DNA of 64,000 bases from Patescibacteria group bacterium (GTDB taxonomy: Bacteria; Patescibacteriota; Patescibacteriia; UM-FILTER-42-10): NCBI GenBank assembly GCA_041664365.1, contig JBAYKW010000007.1, positions 434 through 64,433 of the forward strand, read 5' to 3'. The position numbers and the translations under genes were made by a program. Below, one piece after another: positions 26,850-35,901 of this stretch (within the stretch, counting starts at the first letter, position 1; the number at the start of each line of letters is the position of its first letter). Below the pieces are notes generated by a model. It did not search any database. It was not told the DNA's origin and worked only from the letters and a program-made list of their open reading frames with translations.

Positions 26850-27464
26850 TTATACCAAATCCTTCATCGGTGAAAATGAGATCCGATGGATTTTACAAAT
26901 TCCGTATTTTTCAATCTTCTTCTGATGATGTTCTGTACCATACCCTTTGTGAGCATGAAAATTATATTCCGGATAATCTTTGTGCGCCTCTACCATAATA
27001 AAATCCCTGGTGACCTTGGCGATAATTGACGCCGCTGCAATTGAGGCAACTTTTTGGTCGCCTTTGGTAATTGCATGGTGTTCAATCCCAACATGATCCA
27101 GAAGAAAATAATCCACAAGCAAATAATCCGGTCGCAGGATTAGTTTTTTCACCGCCTGTTCCATCGCGAGTGCGTTTGCGTCGTTAATACCGATGCGGTC
27201 AATTGTTTTTTCTGAAACGATCCCCACGCTCCAGTTTAATGCGTTTTTGACGATTTCAATATACAGCTGTTTGCGCCGTGTCGGAGATAGTTGTTTTGAA
27301 TCCCGCAAACCGTCTACGCGAATTCTGGGATTCAAAATAACACTGGCCGCTACAATCGGGCCGGCCCATGCTCCGCGCCCGGCTTCATCAAGTCCGGCAA
27401 CTTTTAAGTAGCCTTTCTTTTTTAATTTTTCCTCTTCTTGATATGTTGGTTCAACCATATTCAT
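26850..27464 (-). CDS. rnhB: Ribonuclease HII
   Basis: AGLDEAGRGAWAGPIVAASV. Confidence 0.85.
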   Translation of the reverse strand: MNMVEPTYQEEEKLKKKGYLKVAGLDEAGRGAWAGPIVAASVILNPRIRVDGLRDSKQLSPTRRKQLYIEIVKNALNWSVGIVSEKTIDRIGINDANALAMEQAVKKLILRPDYLLVDYFLLDHVGIEHHAITKGDQKVASIAAASIIAKVTRDFIMVEAHKDYPEYNFHAHKGYGTEHHQKKIEKYGICKIHRISFSPMKDLV

Positions 27465-27512
27465 CCCTTCTACAAACAGTATATCACTATTAATAGTAAC
27501 GGAAAATGGCTG

Positions 27513-28790
27513 TTAGTAACCCTTCGCGTGCAATGCCTCAGCCACTCTCTCGATAGCAAGAATATAAGCAGCGGTCCTCATATCAGTATTATATTTTTCT
27601 TTATTTTCCCATACTTTGTCAAAAGCGGAAGTAATCAGCAGTTTCAGTTTTTTATTTACCACTTCTTCGGTCCAGTATTCATTAGAGATATTTTGTAGCC
27701 ATTCAAAATAGGAAACCGTTACTCCGCCGGAATTCGCCAAGATATCCGGCACCACCATTATTCCCCTCTTCGCCAGTTTTTCATCCGCTTCCGATGTGAC
27801 CGGTCCATTAGCCAGCTCAAACACCACCTTCGCTTTTATCTTCCCTGCATTTGTTTTGGTAATCTGATTTTCTAATGCTGCCGGCACTAAAATATCACAC
27901 GGTAATTCAAGCAGTTTTTTATCGGACAATCTTGCGTAGTTCTTACAGTCACAAACTGCCCCAGTACAATAACAACCGCTTGCTAGTCCTTTTTCTTTTT
28001 TAGTATCCATTACGTGAACCGGATCCAACCCTTTGCCGCGTTTATCAAAAATACTTCCTTGCGAATCTGATATAGCGATTATTTTATATCCTGCCTGATG
28101 TGCAAACTGTGCAAAATGATACCCGACATTACCGAGCCCCTGTATTACAATCTTTGTGTTCTTTGGATTAAGTTTCAGTTTTTTAGCTACTTCTTGCAAT
28201 AAATAGAAACCACCCAGCCCTGTTGCCGGCCCCCTACCCTGTGACCCGCCCAACGCCAAAGGTTTACCGGTTATTACCGCAGGAGTAAAACGCCCAGTCA
28301 GTTTACTGTATTCATCCACCATCCATCCCATTATTTTCGGATTGGTATTTACATCTGGTGCGGGCACATCCTGATCCGGTCCGATAAAATCCCTTACGGC
28401 ATTAATATACCCTCTAGACAATCTTTCGAGCTCTCCTTCAGAAAGTTTTTTCGGATCAACTTTAATCCCTCCCTTACCCCCGCCGAAAGGAATATTGGCT
28501 ACGGCAGTTTTCCAGGTCATCAGAGCGGCCAGTGCTTTTACTTCGTGTAAATTAGCCTGGGGATGGAAACGGATACCCCCCTTATAAGGCCCTCGATCAT
28601 TATTATACTGGACGCGATATCCCTCAAATATTTTCCATGAGTGATCATCCATTTTCACTGGGATGGAAAATTGAAATGTTCTATAAGGAACTTTCAAAAT
28701 CTCATAGATATTCCGGTCTAAATCGATCAGTTCCGCCGCTTTCTTTAACTGCTCTAGTGTATTAGCAAAAGGATTTTTAGTTGTAGCCAT
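27513..28790 (-). CDS. gdhA: Glu/Leu/Phe/Val-family glutamate dehydrogenase
   Basis: GGGKGGIKVDP; Rossmann GLGNVG. Confidence 0.85.
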   Translation of the reverse strand: MATTKNPFANTLEQLKKAAELIDLDRNIYEILKVPYRTFQFSIPVKMDDHSWKIFEGYRVQYNNDRGPYKGGIRFHPQANLHEVKALAALMTWKTAVANIPFGGGKGGIKVDPKKLSEGELERLSRGYINAVRDFIGPDQDVPAPDVNTNPKIMGWMVDEYSKLTGRFTPAVITGKPLALGGSQGRGPATGLGGFYLLQEVAKKLKLNPKNTKIVIQGLGNVGYHFAQFAHQAGYKIIAISDSQGSIFDKRGKGLDPVHVMDTKKEKGLASGCYCTGAVCDCKNYARLSDKKLLELPCDILVPAALENQITKTNAGKIKAKVVFELANGPVTSEADEKLAKRGIMVVPDILANSGGVTVSYFEWLQNISNEYWTEEVVNKKLKLLITSAFDKVWENKEKYNTDMRTAAYILAIERVAEALHAKGY

Positions 28791-28807
28791 TGAATTATCT
28801 TTAATAA

Positions 28808-30007
28808 TTATTTGTACTCTTCTAATGCAATTTTTAATATTTCCATCGCCCGGGTAAGTTGTTTTACATCTAAAACAAACGCGATGCGTATTTCATTTTT
28901 CCCAGCCCCTTCCGTTTCGTAAAAACCGGCAGCCGGTGCGAACATAACTGTTTCATTCTGATCATTAAATTCTTCCAATAACCAACGGCAAAAATATTCC
29001 GCATTATCGATAGGCAATTTAACAATTAAATACAATGCACCCTGTGGTTTGTAATATTCTACGCCAGGGATTGTGTCCAGAGATTTTATTACGACATCCC
29101 TTCTCTGCTTATATTCTTTCACCATAGGATCGATATATCTATCGGGTTGCTTTAATAGAGGGATAACTGCAAGCTGTTCAATTGTTGGGGAAGAAAGACG
29201 GCCTTGAGCGAATTTTAAAACATTCTCCATGACTTTTTTATTTTTTGATGCGATACAACCGATACGCGCCCCACAAATATTAAAACGTTTTGAAATACTG
29301 TCCACGACAATTATCCGATCGTGAATCTCTGTAAAATCCATCATGCTGATTGCTTCACCTTCAAATACAATTTCTCTGTACACCTCATCAGCAATAATAA
29401 ATATATCATGCTTTTTTGCCAGCTCCGCGACTTTTTTTAATTCCTCACGGGAATAGACCGTACCGGTAGGATTAGAAGGGTTACAGATAATAATCGCTTT
29501 CGTTTTTTCAGTAATCTTTTTTTCTATTTCCTCGTCTGATGGCAGATGAAATCCGTTTGTTAAAAATGTTTGTACCGGTACCGGTTTAACTGAAGCCATC
29601 CGGGCAAACGTAATATAGTTAGCATAAAGCGGTTCAAAGATTATTACTTCATCTCCTGGGTCTGCCACAGTCATTAAGGCAAAAATGATTGCCTCACTCC
29701 CGCCGGTGGTGACAATTATATCCTCGCTGACAAAAGGAATATTGTTTTGCTGATAATAATCGCTCCACGCATTTACAACTTCCGCATAGCCCTCCGACGG
29801 AGCATACGCTACAGTCTTTTCTTGATACTTTCTTACTTCCGTGAAAAATCTTTTTGGGGTCTCCAAATCCGGCTGCCCGATATTTAATTGATAAACTTTT
29901 ACCCCCCGCTTTTTTGCCGCGCCGGCAAAAGAAGAAAGCTTTCGGATTGAAGAAGCGTGCATCCCATCTGCTCGAAAAGAAAGCGGAATAGAGTTATTTG
30001 ATGGCAT
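28808..30007 (-). CDS. Class I/II PLP-dependent aminotransferase (aspartate aminotransferase-like)
   Basis: SKRFNICGARIG PLP-lysine context. Confidence 0.75.
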   Translation of the reverse strand: MPSNNSIPLSFRADGMHASSIRKLSSFAGAAKKRGVKVYQLNIGQPDLETPKRFFTEVRKYQEKTVAYAPSEGYAEVVNAWSDYYQQNNIPFVSEDIIVTTGGSEAIIFALMTVADPGDEVIIFEPLYANYITFARMASVKPVPVQTFLTNGFHLPSDEEIEKKITEKTKAIIICNPSNPTGTVYSREELKKVAELAKKHDIFIIADEVYREIVFEGEAISMMDFTEIHDRIIVVDSISKRFNICGARIGCIASKNKKVMENVLKFAQGRLSSPTIEQLAVIPLLKQPDRYIDPMVKEYKQRRDVVIKSLDTIPGVEYYKPQGALYLIVKLPIDNAEYFCRWLLEEFNDQNETVMFAPAAGFYETEGAGKNEIRIAFVLDVKQLTRAMEILKIALEEYK

Positions 30008-30019
30008 AGTATTTTAATA

Positions 30020-30979
30020 TTATTTTTTTTCTCCCCAATCTACACCGCCTTGTCTTCCGGTTTTTCTCTGTAAATATTTGTAAGTCTGTAATGCTGCCTT
30101 TGCCCCTTCTCCGGCAGAGATCACAACTTGTTTATAAACAATATCAGTAACATCCCCCGCTGCAAATACACCGGGACAAGATGTCTCACAATTACTATTA
30201 ATTACAATTTGATTGCGGTCATTGCGATCCACTAAATCTTTTACAATATCAGTCTTTGCAATATAACCAACCTCCACAAAAACCCCGTCACAGTTGATTT
30301 TGTCTTCTTCTTCAGTCTGATTGTTTTTTATACTGACCGCTTCAACTTTATTACTCCCATGTATTTCAACTACTTCACTATTCAACAATATTTTAACGTT
30401 TTCTTTCTGCTTTATTTTATCTAAAATAATATTTTCCCCACGGAAAAAATCTTGCCTGTGGATCAGATACACTTCGTTGGCAATTTTTGACAACAGCTCA
30501 GCAGAATCCAAAGCGGAGTTGCCACCGCCGACCACTATTACAGTTTTATTTTTAAACAATGGGCCATCACATGTGGAACAATATGAAACGCCCCTGTTTT
30601 TTAAACCATTTTCACCTGGCACACCCAGATCTCTCGGCGTAAGCCCAAATGCCAAGATTACTGTTTTCCCAATAAATTCTTCTTTTGAAGTTGTTATTCT
30701 GAATTCACTATCTGTCTTTTCAATTTTATTTACTTCCTGATAAATAATTTCTGCACCGCTGTCTTCTGCTTGTTTTTTAAATTGCTCCATTATTTCCAGT
30801 CCGTTCGTTTTGCCCAAACCGGGATAATTCTCCACAATCCCGGCGATTGAAGCCTGCCCACCAAGATCCTTTGTGATTACCAACGTCTTCAGTGTTCTGC
30901 GTGCAGCATAAATAGCCGCGGTCAGTCCGGCAGCCCCAGCACCAATAATAATGCAGTCATATTCTCTTGCAGATGGCAT
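30020..30979 (-). CDS. trxB: Thioredoxin-disulfide reductase
   Basis: GAGAAGLTAA FAD motif; CSTC redox Cys pair; GGGNSA NADPH motif. Confidence 0.85.
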   Translation of the reverse strand: MPSAREYDCIIIGAGAAGLTAAIYAARRTLKTLVITKDLGGQASIAGIVENYPGLGKTNGLEIMEQFKKQAEDSGAEIIYQEVNKIEKTDSEFRITTSKEEFIGKTVILAFGLTPRDLGVPGENGLKNRGVSYCSTCDGPLFKNKTVIVVGGGNSALDSAELLSKIANEVYLIHRQDFFRGENIILDKIKQKENVKILLNSEVVEIHGSNKVEAVSIKNNQTEEEDKINCDGVFVEVGYIAKTDIVKDLVDRNDRNQIVINSNCETSCPGVFAAGDVTDIVYKQVVISAGEGAKAALQTYKYLQRKTGRQGGVDWGEKK

Positions 30980-30996
30980 TAAATTTGATTTAAAAA

Positions 30997-31320
30997 TTAT
31001 AGGTTTTCGTCGATGACTTTCTGCAGATCTTCTTTTGACTGTGCTCCGATCGATTGCTTAACAACTTCCCCATCCTTAAAAAATAAAAAGGTCGGGATAC
31101 TCATGACGTTATATTTCTGCGTTGTGGCCTGATTTTCATCAATATTCATTTTTGCAATTTTTACTGCCTTACCTTCATTGTCCTTCATTAATTCTTCCAT
31201 TACCGGTAACATGATTTTGCATGGTGTACACCATTCCGCCCAGATATCAACCAAAACTAGCTGGTCGTGCTTTAACACTTCCTGCTCAAAATTATTATCA
31301 TTTATTTCAACGCCTGCCAT
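30997..31320 (-). CDS. trxA: Thioredoxin
   Basis: WCTPC active site. Confidence 0.85.
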   Translation of the reverse strand: MAGVEINDNNFEQEVLKHDQLVLVDIWAEWCTPCKIMLPVMEELMKDNEGKAVKIAKMNIDENQATTQKYNVMSIPTFLFFKDGEVVKQSIGAQSKEDLQKVIDENL

Positions 31321-31342
31321 TGTATAATTCCTTTCCTATTAA

Positions 31343-31609
31343 TTAAGTTAATTTAAATAAATTAGTTGTAATCTTTTCCAAATCCTCTGATTTCTTTTTA
31401 ATACTTCCCTCCCCAGTTAGACACTCTCTTGATTCATTGCGCAACACACTTACGCCCAACGAATCCAGTGACGCTCTCGCGGCCATTAACTGTGTAATTA
31501 TTTCACCACAGTTACGCTTATCCTGTAACATTCTCTCAATGCCTTTTAGTTGGCCTATAATTCGCCGTAGATGTGCCTGATTCTTTGGTATTTTATCAGT
31601 ATTTGCCAT
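31343..31609 (-). CDS. CsoR/RcnR-family metal-sensing transcriptional repressor
   Basis: 88 aa; HLRRIIGQLKGIERML...C...helical DUF156 pattern with conserved Cys and His. Confidence 0.65.
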   Translation of the reverse strand: MANTDKIPKNQAHLRRIIGQLKGIERMLQDKRNCGEIITQLMAARASLDSLGVSVLRNESRECLTGEGSIKKKSEDLEKITTNLFKLT

Positions 31610-31719
31610 GATTGTGTAATTATAATATACCCCCCTAGGGTATATTATATTAATTCCAAAAAATTGTCAATAGACATAACTCATTTCAATTATATCCTCA
31701 ATATGACTTGGGTCTTAAA

Positions 31720-31750
31720 TAAAAAATGCCCCAGCCAATGATGGTGGGGC
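31720..31750 (-). terminator. Terminator for csrA (GCCCCA...TGGGGC + T6 on the minus strand)
   Basis: A6 on the plus strand precedes the hairpin. Confidence 0.5.
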
Positions 31751-31778
31751 GGGCGAGAAATGTACAGCGAATGAAGAG

Positions 31779-31988
31779 TTACCTGTTTTTGGTTTTGGTC
31801 CCTCGTTTGCGCGAGCCCTGAGGGATTTCGCTGGCGATCTCGATAGCGATCTCCTCGCGGTGAACAGGGATGCTCCTGGGAGCGTCGATCCCGATCTGAA
31901 CCTGGTCGCCCCTGATGTCGACGACCATGATCGAGATATCGTCCCCGATCATGATTTTTTCGTTGCGCTTGCGGCTGAGGATCAGCAT
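31779..31988 (-). CDS. csrA: Carbon storage regulator CsrA (RNA-binding), high-GC
   Basis: MLILSRKRNEKIMIGDDI...VHREEI; Shine-Dalgarno AAGGAGGA before the ATG; GGA motifs in the 5'UTR. Confidence 0.8.
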   Translation of the reverse strand: MLILSRKRNEKIMIGDDISIMVVDIRGDQVQIGIDAPRSIPVHREEIAIEIASEIPQGSRKRGTKTKNR

Positions 31989-32501
31989 GGGTCTTCCTCC
32001 TTGAATGGGCCGTTTTGCTCCCTGAGAATCCATGGAAGCCGGATTACAATAACAAATAATGAAATATTAATCAAGCCCCTACCTATTTATCTGATGTTCC
32101 ACGTAGAACAAAATCAAAAACCGCCCTATTCATATGGGGACGGATTTATCATTTGCCGTATAATTTTGTTTATTTAGTTCGACTCACACATTGATAAGGA
32201 TGAATTTGGTATTTTGATAATATGAATCACAACCTGCACACCATCTGCACTCGAGACATTCGGTTATTAATAGTTGAGTGGCCGAAACCCTAACAAAGTG
32301 AGAGATACCCTCCAGACATAATCGGGACACTCGACTCATTGTTGGATAAGATAATCCTTGTCGTTAGTAATGAGTGGTCGAAGACCACGTTAAGCCTCTC
32401 GACTTCGCTCGAGGCACTCGATTCTTCTTTTGATATTGTCGAAGGCGTTAGTAGCGCCATAGACCACGAGTGAGTCCCGAACTTGTGAGGGACGAATCGA
32501 G

Positions 32502-32577
32502 TGGTGGAGATGAGGGGACTCGAACCCCTAACCCCTTCCATGCCATGGAAGTGCTCTACCAATTGAGCCACATCCCC
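32502..32577 (-). tRNA. tRNA-Ala (anticodon GGC), CCA encoded
   Basis: Manual cloverleaf: 7-bp acceptor stem with the G3:U70 Ala identity pair, D-arm GCTC/GAGC, anticodon loop aTGGCat, T-loop TTCGAGT. Confidence 0.8.
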
Positions 32578-32946
32578 ATTTATATTTAATTCAACAATTT
32601 ATTACATAACTGAATTTGAAGTAATCAAATTATATTATGGTTGAGGCAATATGTCTAGAGAATTAATAAAGTAATTAAATATTTTGTAATGCTGTTGATT
32701 AACTGTTTATATTATGTAAACAAAGTAAGATATTATATTTGCTCATAGCATGACAAAAGCAAAGACTATAATTAATTTGTATTAACCATTTTAATATTTT
32801 CGATGGTTATAAAACAATATTTATCTCTCTTAATCAATATATGATAATGGACTCAATTAAAAAACAAAATGTTCCACGTGGAACATTTATCCTAATATAG
32901 TAACAATGGGGGATTGTCTTAAATATTCATACGTTTGACCCGTGTC

Positions 32947-33020
32947 TGGTGGAGATACTGGGAATCGAACCCAGGCCTCAGCAATGCGAATGCTGCGTAA
33001 TACCACTTTACTATATCCCC
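32947..33020 (-). tRNA. tRNA-Ala (anticodon CGC), CCA encoded
   Basis: Manual fold: G3:U70, anticodon loop tTCGCat, T-loop TTCGATT. Confidence 0.75.
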
Positions 33021-33076
33021 AGCAAACATGGATCAGTAAATCAAGAATTAATACTCAATTTACAAATAATACATGG

Positions 33077-33151
33077 TGGTGCCCCCGGCAGGAATCGAAC
33101 CTACATCTAAAGCTTAGGAGTCTCTCGTTCTATCCATTGAACTACGGGGGC
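33077..33151 (-). tRNA. tRNA-Arg (anticodon CCT) with a 31:39 A-G mismatch; CCA encoded
   Basis: Manual fold: acceptor GCCCCCG/CGGGGGC, D-arm GTTC/GAAC, anticodon loop cTCCTaa, T-loop TTCGATT. Confidence 0.55.
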
Positions 33152-33790
33152 AAAAATATAAATACTTTATTCACTATCAAGAGGTGTCCATTGTCAGCCC
33201 AAGGCTGATCCGCCTCGGGCGGAAACTACGAGGGCAGAACACTAAATATATAAATGAGATAACACAGTTACATACACATATCCTTTTATAACCGCAAAAC
33301 TCACTTTACCAATAAAGCCTGCTTTTTGCTACCACAAAACCTATATTTGGCTAATTTTAGTGCAATTTTAGATTATATTACTGAAATTGAAAATCATGCT
33401 TGCTTATGCGTCGCACAACTATTTTATAACTATTTCAGCTATTTTTTTACTGAGATCATTTATAATTTCAGTATTGGTATCCAAAACAACTAAACCTGCA
33501 AGAATTGCAGAAAATAGTAAAACTACCGCAAACAATATTTTCAAATCTGTTCTAAGAAATGATTTACTTTCTTCCATATAGTGTATATTCTAATGAAAAA
33601 TAAGTAATTACACAAGTAGTATTGACATTATACTAATAGTATGTTATATTCTGACATTTATCCACAGTTGCTTGATTTTTAATCATTTAAATAGTTTGAT
33701 CCCGGCAGCACCTGTAATTAGCAATTTTGAGATATTAGACTTTTCTATTAAGCATATAATTGTTTGCAGTTGCTTTAGCGAATTAAGATA

Positions 33791-33822
33791 CAAAAAAACC
33801 TCCCTTACTAGAGGGAGGTTTA
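33791..33822. terminator. Bidirectional terminator CCTCCC...GGGAGG flanked by an A-run and a T-run
   Basis: Downstream of the minus-strand gene ending at 33831. Confidence 0.5.
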
Positions 33823-33830
33823 AATATATT

Positions 33831-34133
33831 TTATAATGAGATTGGGGGAGCAGATTTATTTTTCCCCAGTTCCTTTGTGTTGAATAATTTTTCTTTGTCT
33901 TTACTAATTGAATCGTCCACAGTCATTCTATTTTGATCAATTGAAATTACCTGCGTTCTATTTACAATAAGGTCTTTGGAAAAAAACTCTTCAATTAAGT
34001 TACTGCCTCTTACGATATATTGATCCACTCCGTGCGTTTCAATATTAATTATCAGCTCAGAAATTTTTCCTAACTCTTCGCCTGATTCCGTAAAAACAGG
34101 GAGATGAAGAAGTTTTTTCGAAGAAATTTTCAT
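33831..34133 (-). CDS. PRC-barrel domain protein
   Basis: 100 aa; LLHLPVFTESGEELGKISELIINIETHGVDQYIV pattern. Confidence 0.5.
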   Translation of the reverse strand: MKISSKKLLHLPVFTESGEELGKISELIINIETHGVDQYIVRGSNLIEEFFSKDLIVNRTQVISIDQNRMTVDDSISKDKEKLFNTKELGKNKSAPPISL

Positions 34134-34135
34134 GA

Positions 34136-34921
34136 TTATTTTTGATCAATAACTTGAGGAATTACTTTTTTTGTATTTTTATCCCTAAAAAGCAAATACT
34201 GCTGCCCCACTTGAAACAGTGTGGACGTTGCCCAATATAAAGTCAAACCGGCGGGGAACTGGATGCCGAATATCACGGTTATTACCGGCATAAAATACAT
34301 CATTTGTCTGTTAATCGCGGCTGACTTACCCTCATCTTTACTTCCTTTTGTATCTATTTCCGGTTTCTTTCTCATCATCATCTTGCCTTGTAAAAACTGC
34401 AAACCGCCGGCGAGGAAAGCAAGTATATAATTTCCTTTTTCTGCTAAATCAACAAAACCTAAAAACATCAAATTCACCGGCGTTGTCGTGTAGGTATCTT
34501 TTAAATACCCATATAAATGTTTCACTTGATCTGCGACCAGCACCCCTGTTTCTGAGTCCGTTGTGAGACCACCAAAGAATACCCGGTATAAAGCAATCAG
34601 AATTGGCAGTTGGATCAGAAGGGGGAGACAGGAAGAAAAGGGGTTAACCTTATTTTGCTTATAAAAACTCATCAATTGTTTACCCATTTCCTCTCGATTA
34701 TCCTTATATTTGGCCTTAATTGCGTCTAATTTGGGCTGTGTCTCCTGTAGCGTCTTTTGCGATCTAATAGATGAACGAGAAGGAAGATATAGGACCAGTT
34801 TGATCAATAAAGTGAGGACAATTATTGCGATTCCTAAGTCCTTCCAGGGTAAAACATCATAAATATAAATCAGTCCGTTAAATAGCGGCTCGTAGAGTAC
34901 AGTGTTAAAAAATTCTGCCAT
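34136..34921 (-). CDS. yidC: Membrane protein insertase YidC (short form)
   Basis: 261 aa, 5 TM; position in the rpmH-rnpA-yidD-yidC cluster. Confidence 0.85.
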   Translation of the reverse strand: MAEFFNTVLYEPLFNGLIYIYDVLPWKDLGIAIIVLTLLIKLVLYLPSRSSIRSQKTLQETQPKLDAIKAKYKDNREEMGKQLMSFYKQNKVNPFSSCLPLLIQLPILIALYRVFFGGLTTDSETGVLVADQVKHLYGYLKDTYTTTPVNLMFLGFVDLAEKGNYILAFLAGGLQFLQGKMMMRKKPEIDTKGSKDEGKSAAINRQMMYFMPVITVIFGIQFPAGLTLYWATSTLFQVGQQYLLFRDKNTKKVIPQVIDQK

Positions 34922-34933
34922 TGTTTAGTATTT

Positions 34934-35212
34934 TTATTTAGTTAAATCTAACGGGTCATACCCGCCTTGGCTATAAGGATTACATTTTACAATCCTTGCC
35001 GCCGACTTAATACCGCCTTTTATCACCCCGTATTTTTCAACCGCCTGATACGAATATTCGGAACAGCTGGGAAAATGCTTGCAATAACCATGAGGATATT
35101 TATAAGAAAAAAATCCATGGTCGGGCGACAAGGTTTTTTGGTAGCTTTTAACCAAGAATAATACCGCCTTTCGCGGCATTAGCACCCATTTATTAATCTT
35201 TTTTTTCGGCAT
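34934..35212 (-). CDS. yidD: Membrane protein insertion efficiency factor YidD
   Basis: SYQKTLSPDHG...CKHFPSCSEY...KCNPYSQGGYDP. Confidence 0.8.
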   Translation of the reverse strand: MPKKKINKWVLMPRKAVLFLVKSYQKTLSPDHGFFSYKYPHGYCKHFPSCSEYSYQAVEKYGVIKGGIKSAARIVKCNPYSQGGYDPLDLTK

Positions 35213-35549
35213 ATAAGCGTGATTTTCTGAACAGTTTTTCTATATCTGCTTCAATTTCTTTAAATGACTTATTTTTTACCCCCGGTCTTGCGGAAATTAT
35301 AAAATCGTATCCGGAAAAGATATTGGGGAGTTGTTTCTTAATTATCGCCCTCATTCTTCTTTTCAGTAAATTACGATCAACACTATTTTTATAAATTTTT
35401 TTTGAAATTACAAACCCAAACCGGCTGTTAACTTTTTCTTTTTTCTGAAGATATCTTAAGGAAAGAGAGGGGAGAAAAATGGATTTCCTTTTTTCATAAA
35501 TTTTTTTATAGTCTCCCTCGTTCGTAAGTCGGTATTGCTTAGGAAGCAT
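35193..35549 (-). CDS. rnpA: RNase P protein component
   Basis: 118 aa basic protein; position after rpmH. Confidence 0.8.
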   Translation of the reverse strand: MLPKQYRLTNEGDYKKIYEKRKSIFLPSLSLRYLQKKEKVNSRFGFVISKKIYKNSVDRNLLKRRMRAIIKKQLPNIFSGYDFIISARPGVKNKSFKEIEADIEKLFRKSRLYAEKKD

Positions 35550-35572
35550 AAATAAAAAAATTAGACAGATAA

Positions 35573-35698
35573 TTTAGCTCTTTTTTTTGTTCTTCTTCTT
35601 TTAATAACTTTTTTTCCGGTTGGCGAACTCATTCTTTCCCGGAAACCGTGCGTTTTTTGTCTCTTTCTTTTTTTTGGCTGGTATGTTCTTTTGGGCAT
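35573..35698 (-). CDS. rpmH: 50S ribosomal protein L34
   Basis: Own translation [41 protein letters not shown]; not in the ORF track (under 60 aa). Confidence 0.85.
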
Positions 35699-35901
35699 CT
35701 TTTTTTTATAATTTTTCTATTACTCATTTATAAGTACATGTAGTCTAACAGACGATTGCTCGACGGTCAACGCCAAAATAGTTTATCCTCATTCTTTCCA
35801 CAGATTATAAACAAGTCAAACCATTTTTGACGATATCTGTCTTTCATGTTTTATGCTATAGTCAGTGATAGTCTATATTTAGCAATAAACTATATATTAT
35901 C

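Noticed and set aside
32440-32520. 5S rRNA-like fragments (CCATAG, CCCGAAC) on the plus strand
   Set aside because: Only short motif coincidences; would overlap the tRNA; no full 5S architecture.
32290-32571. 93-aa ORF overlapping tRNA-Ala
   Set aside because: Overlaps a well-formed tRNA and a non-coding spacer.
33387-33581. 64-aa plus-strand ORF in the AT-rich spacer after the tRNA cluster
   Set aside because: No Shine-Dalgarno, low-complexity hydrophobic sequence, AT-rich intergenic context.
35699-35901. rpmH-dnaA spacer as the primary oriC
   Set aside because: Only one or two degenerate DnaA boxes versus four in the dnaA-dnaN spacer; it may be an auxiliary box cluster and promoter region.
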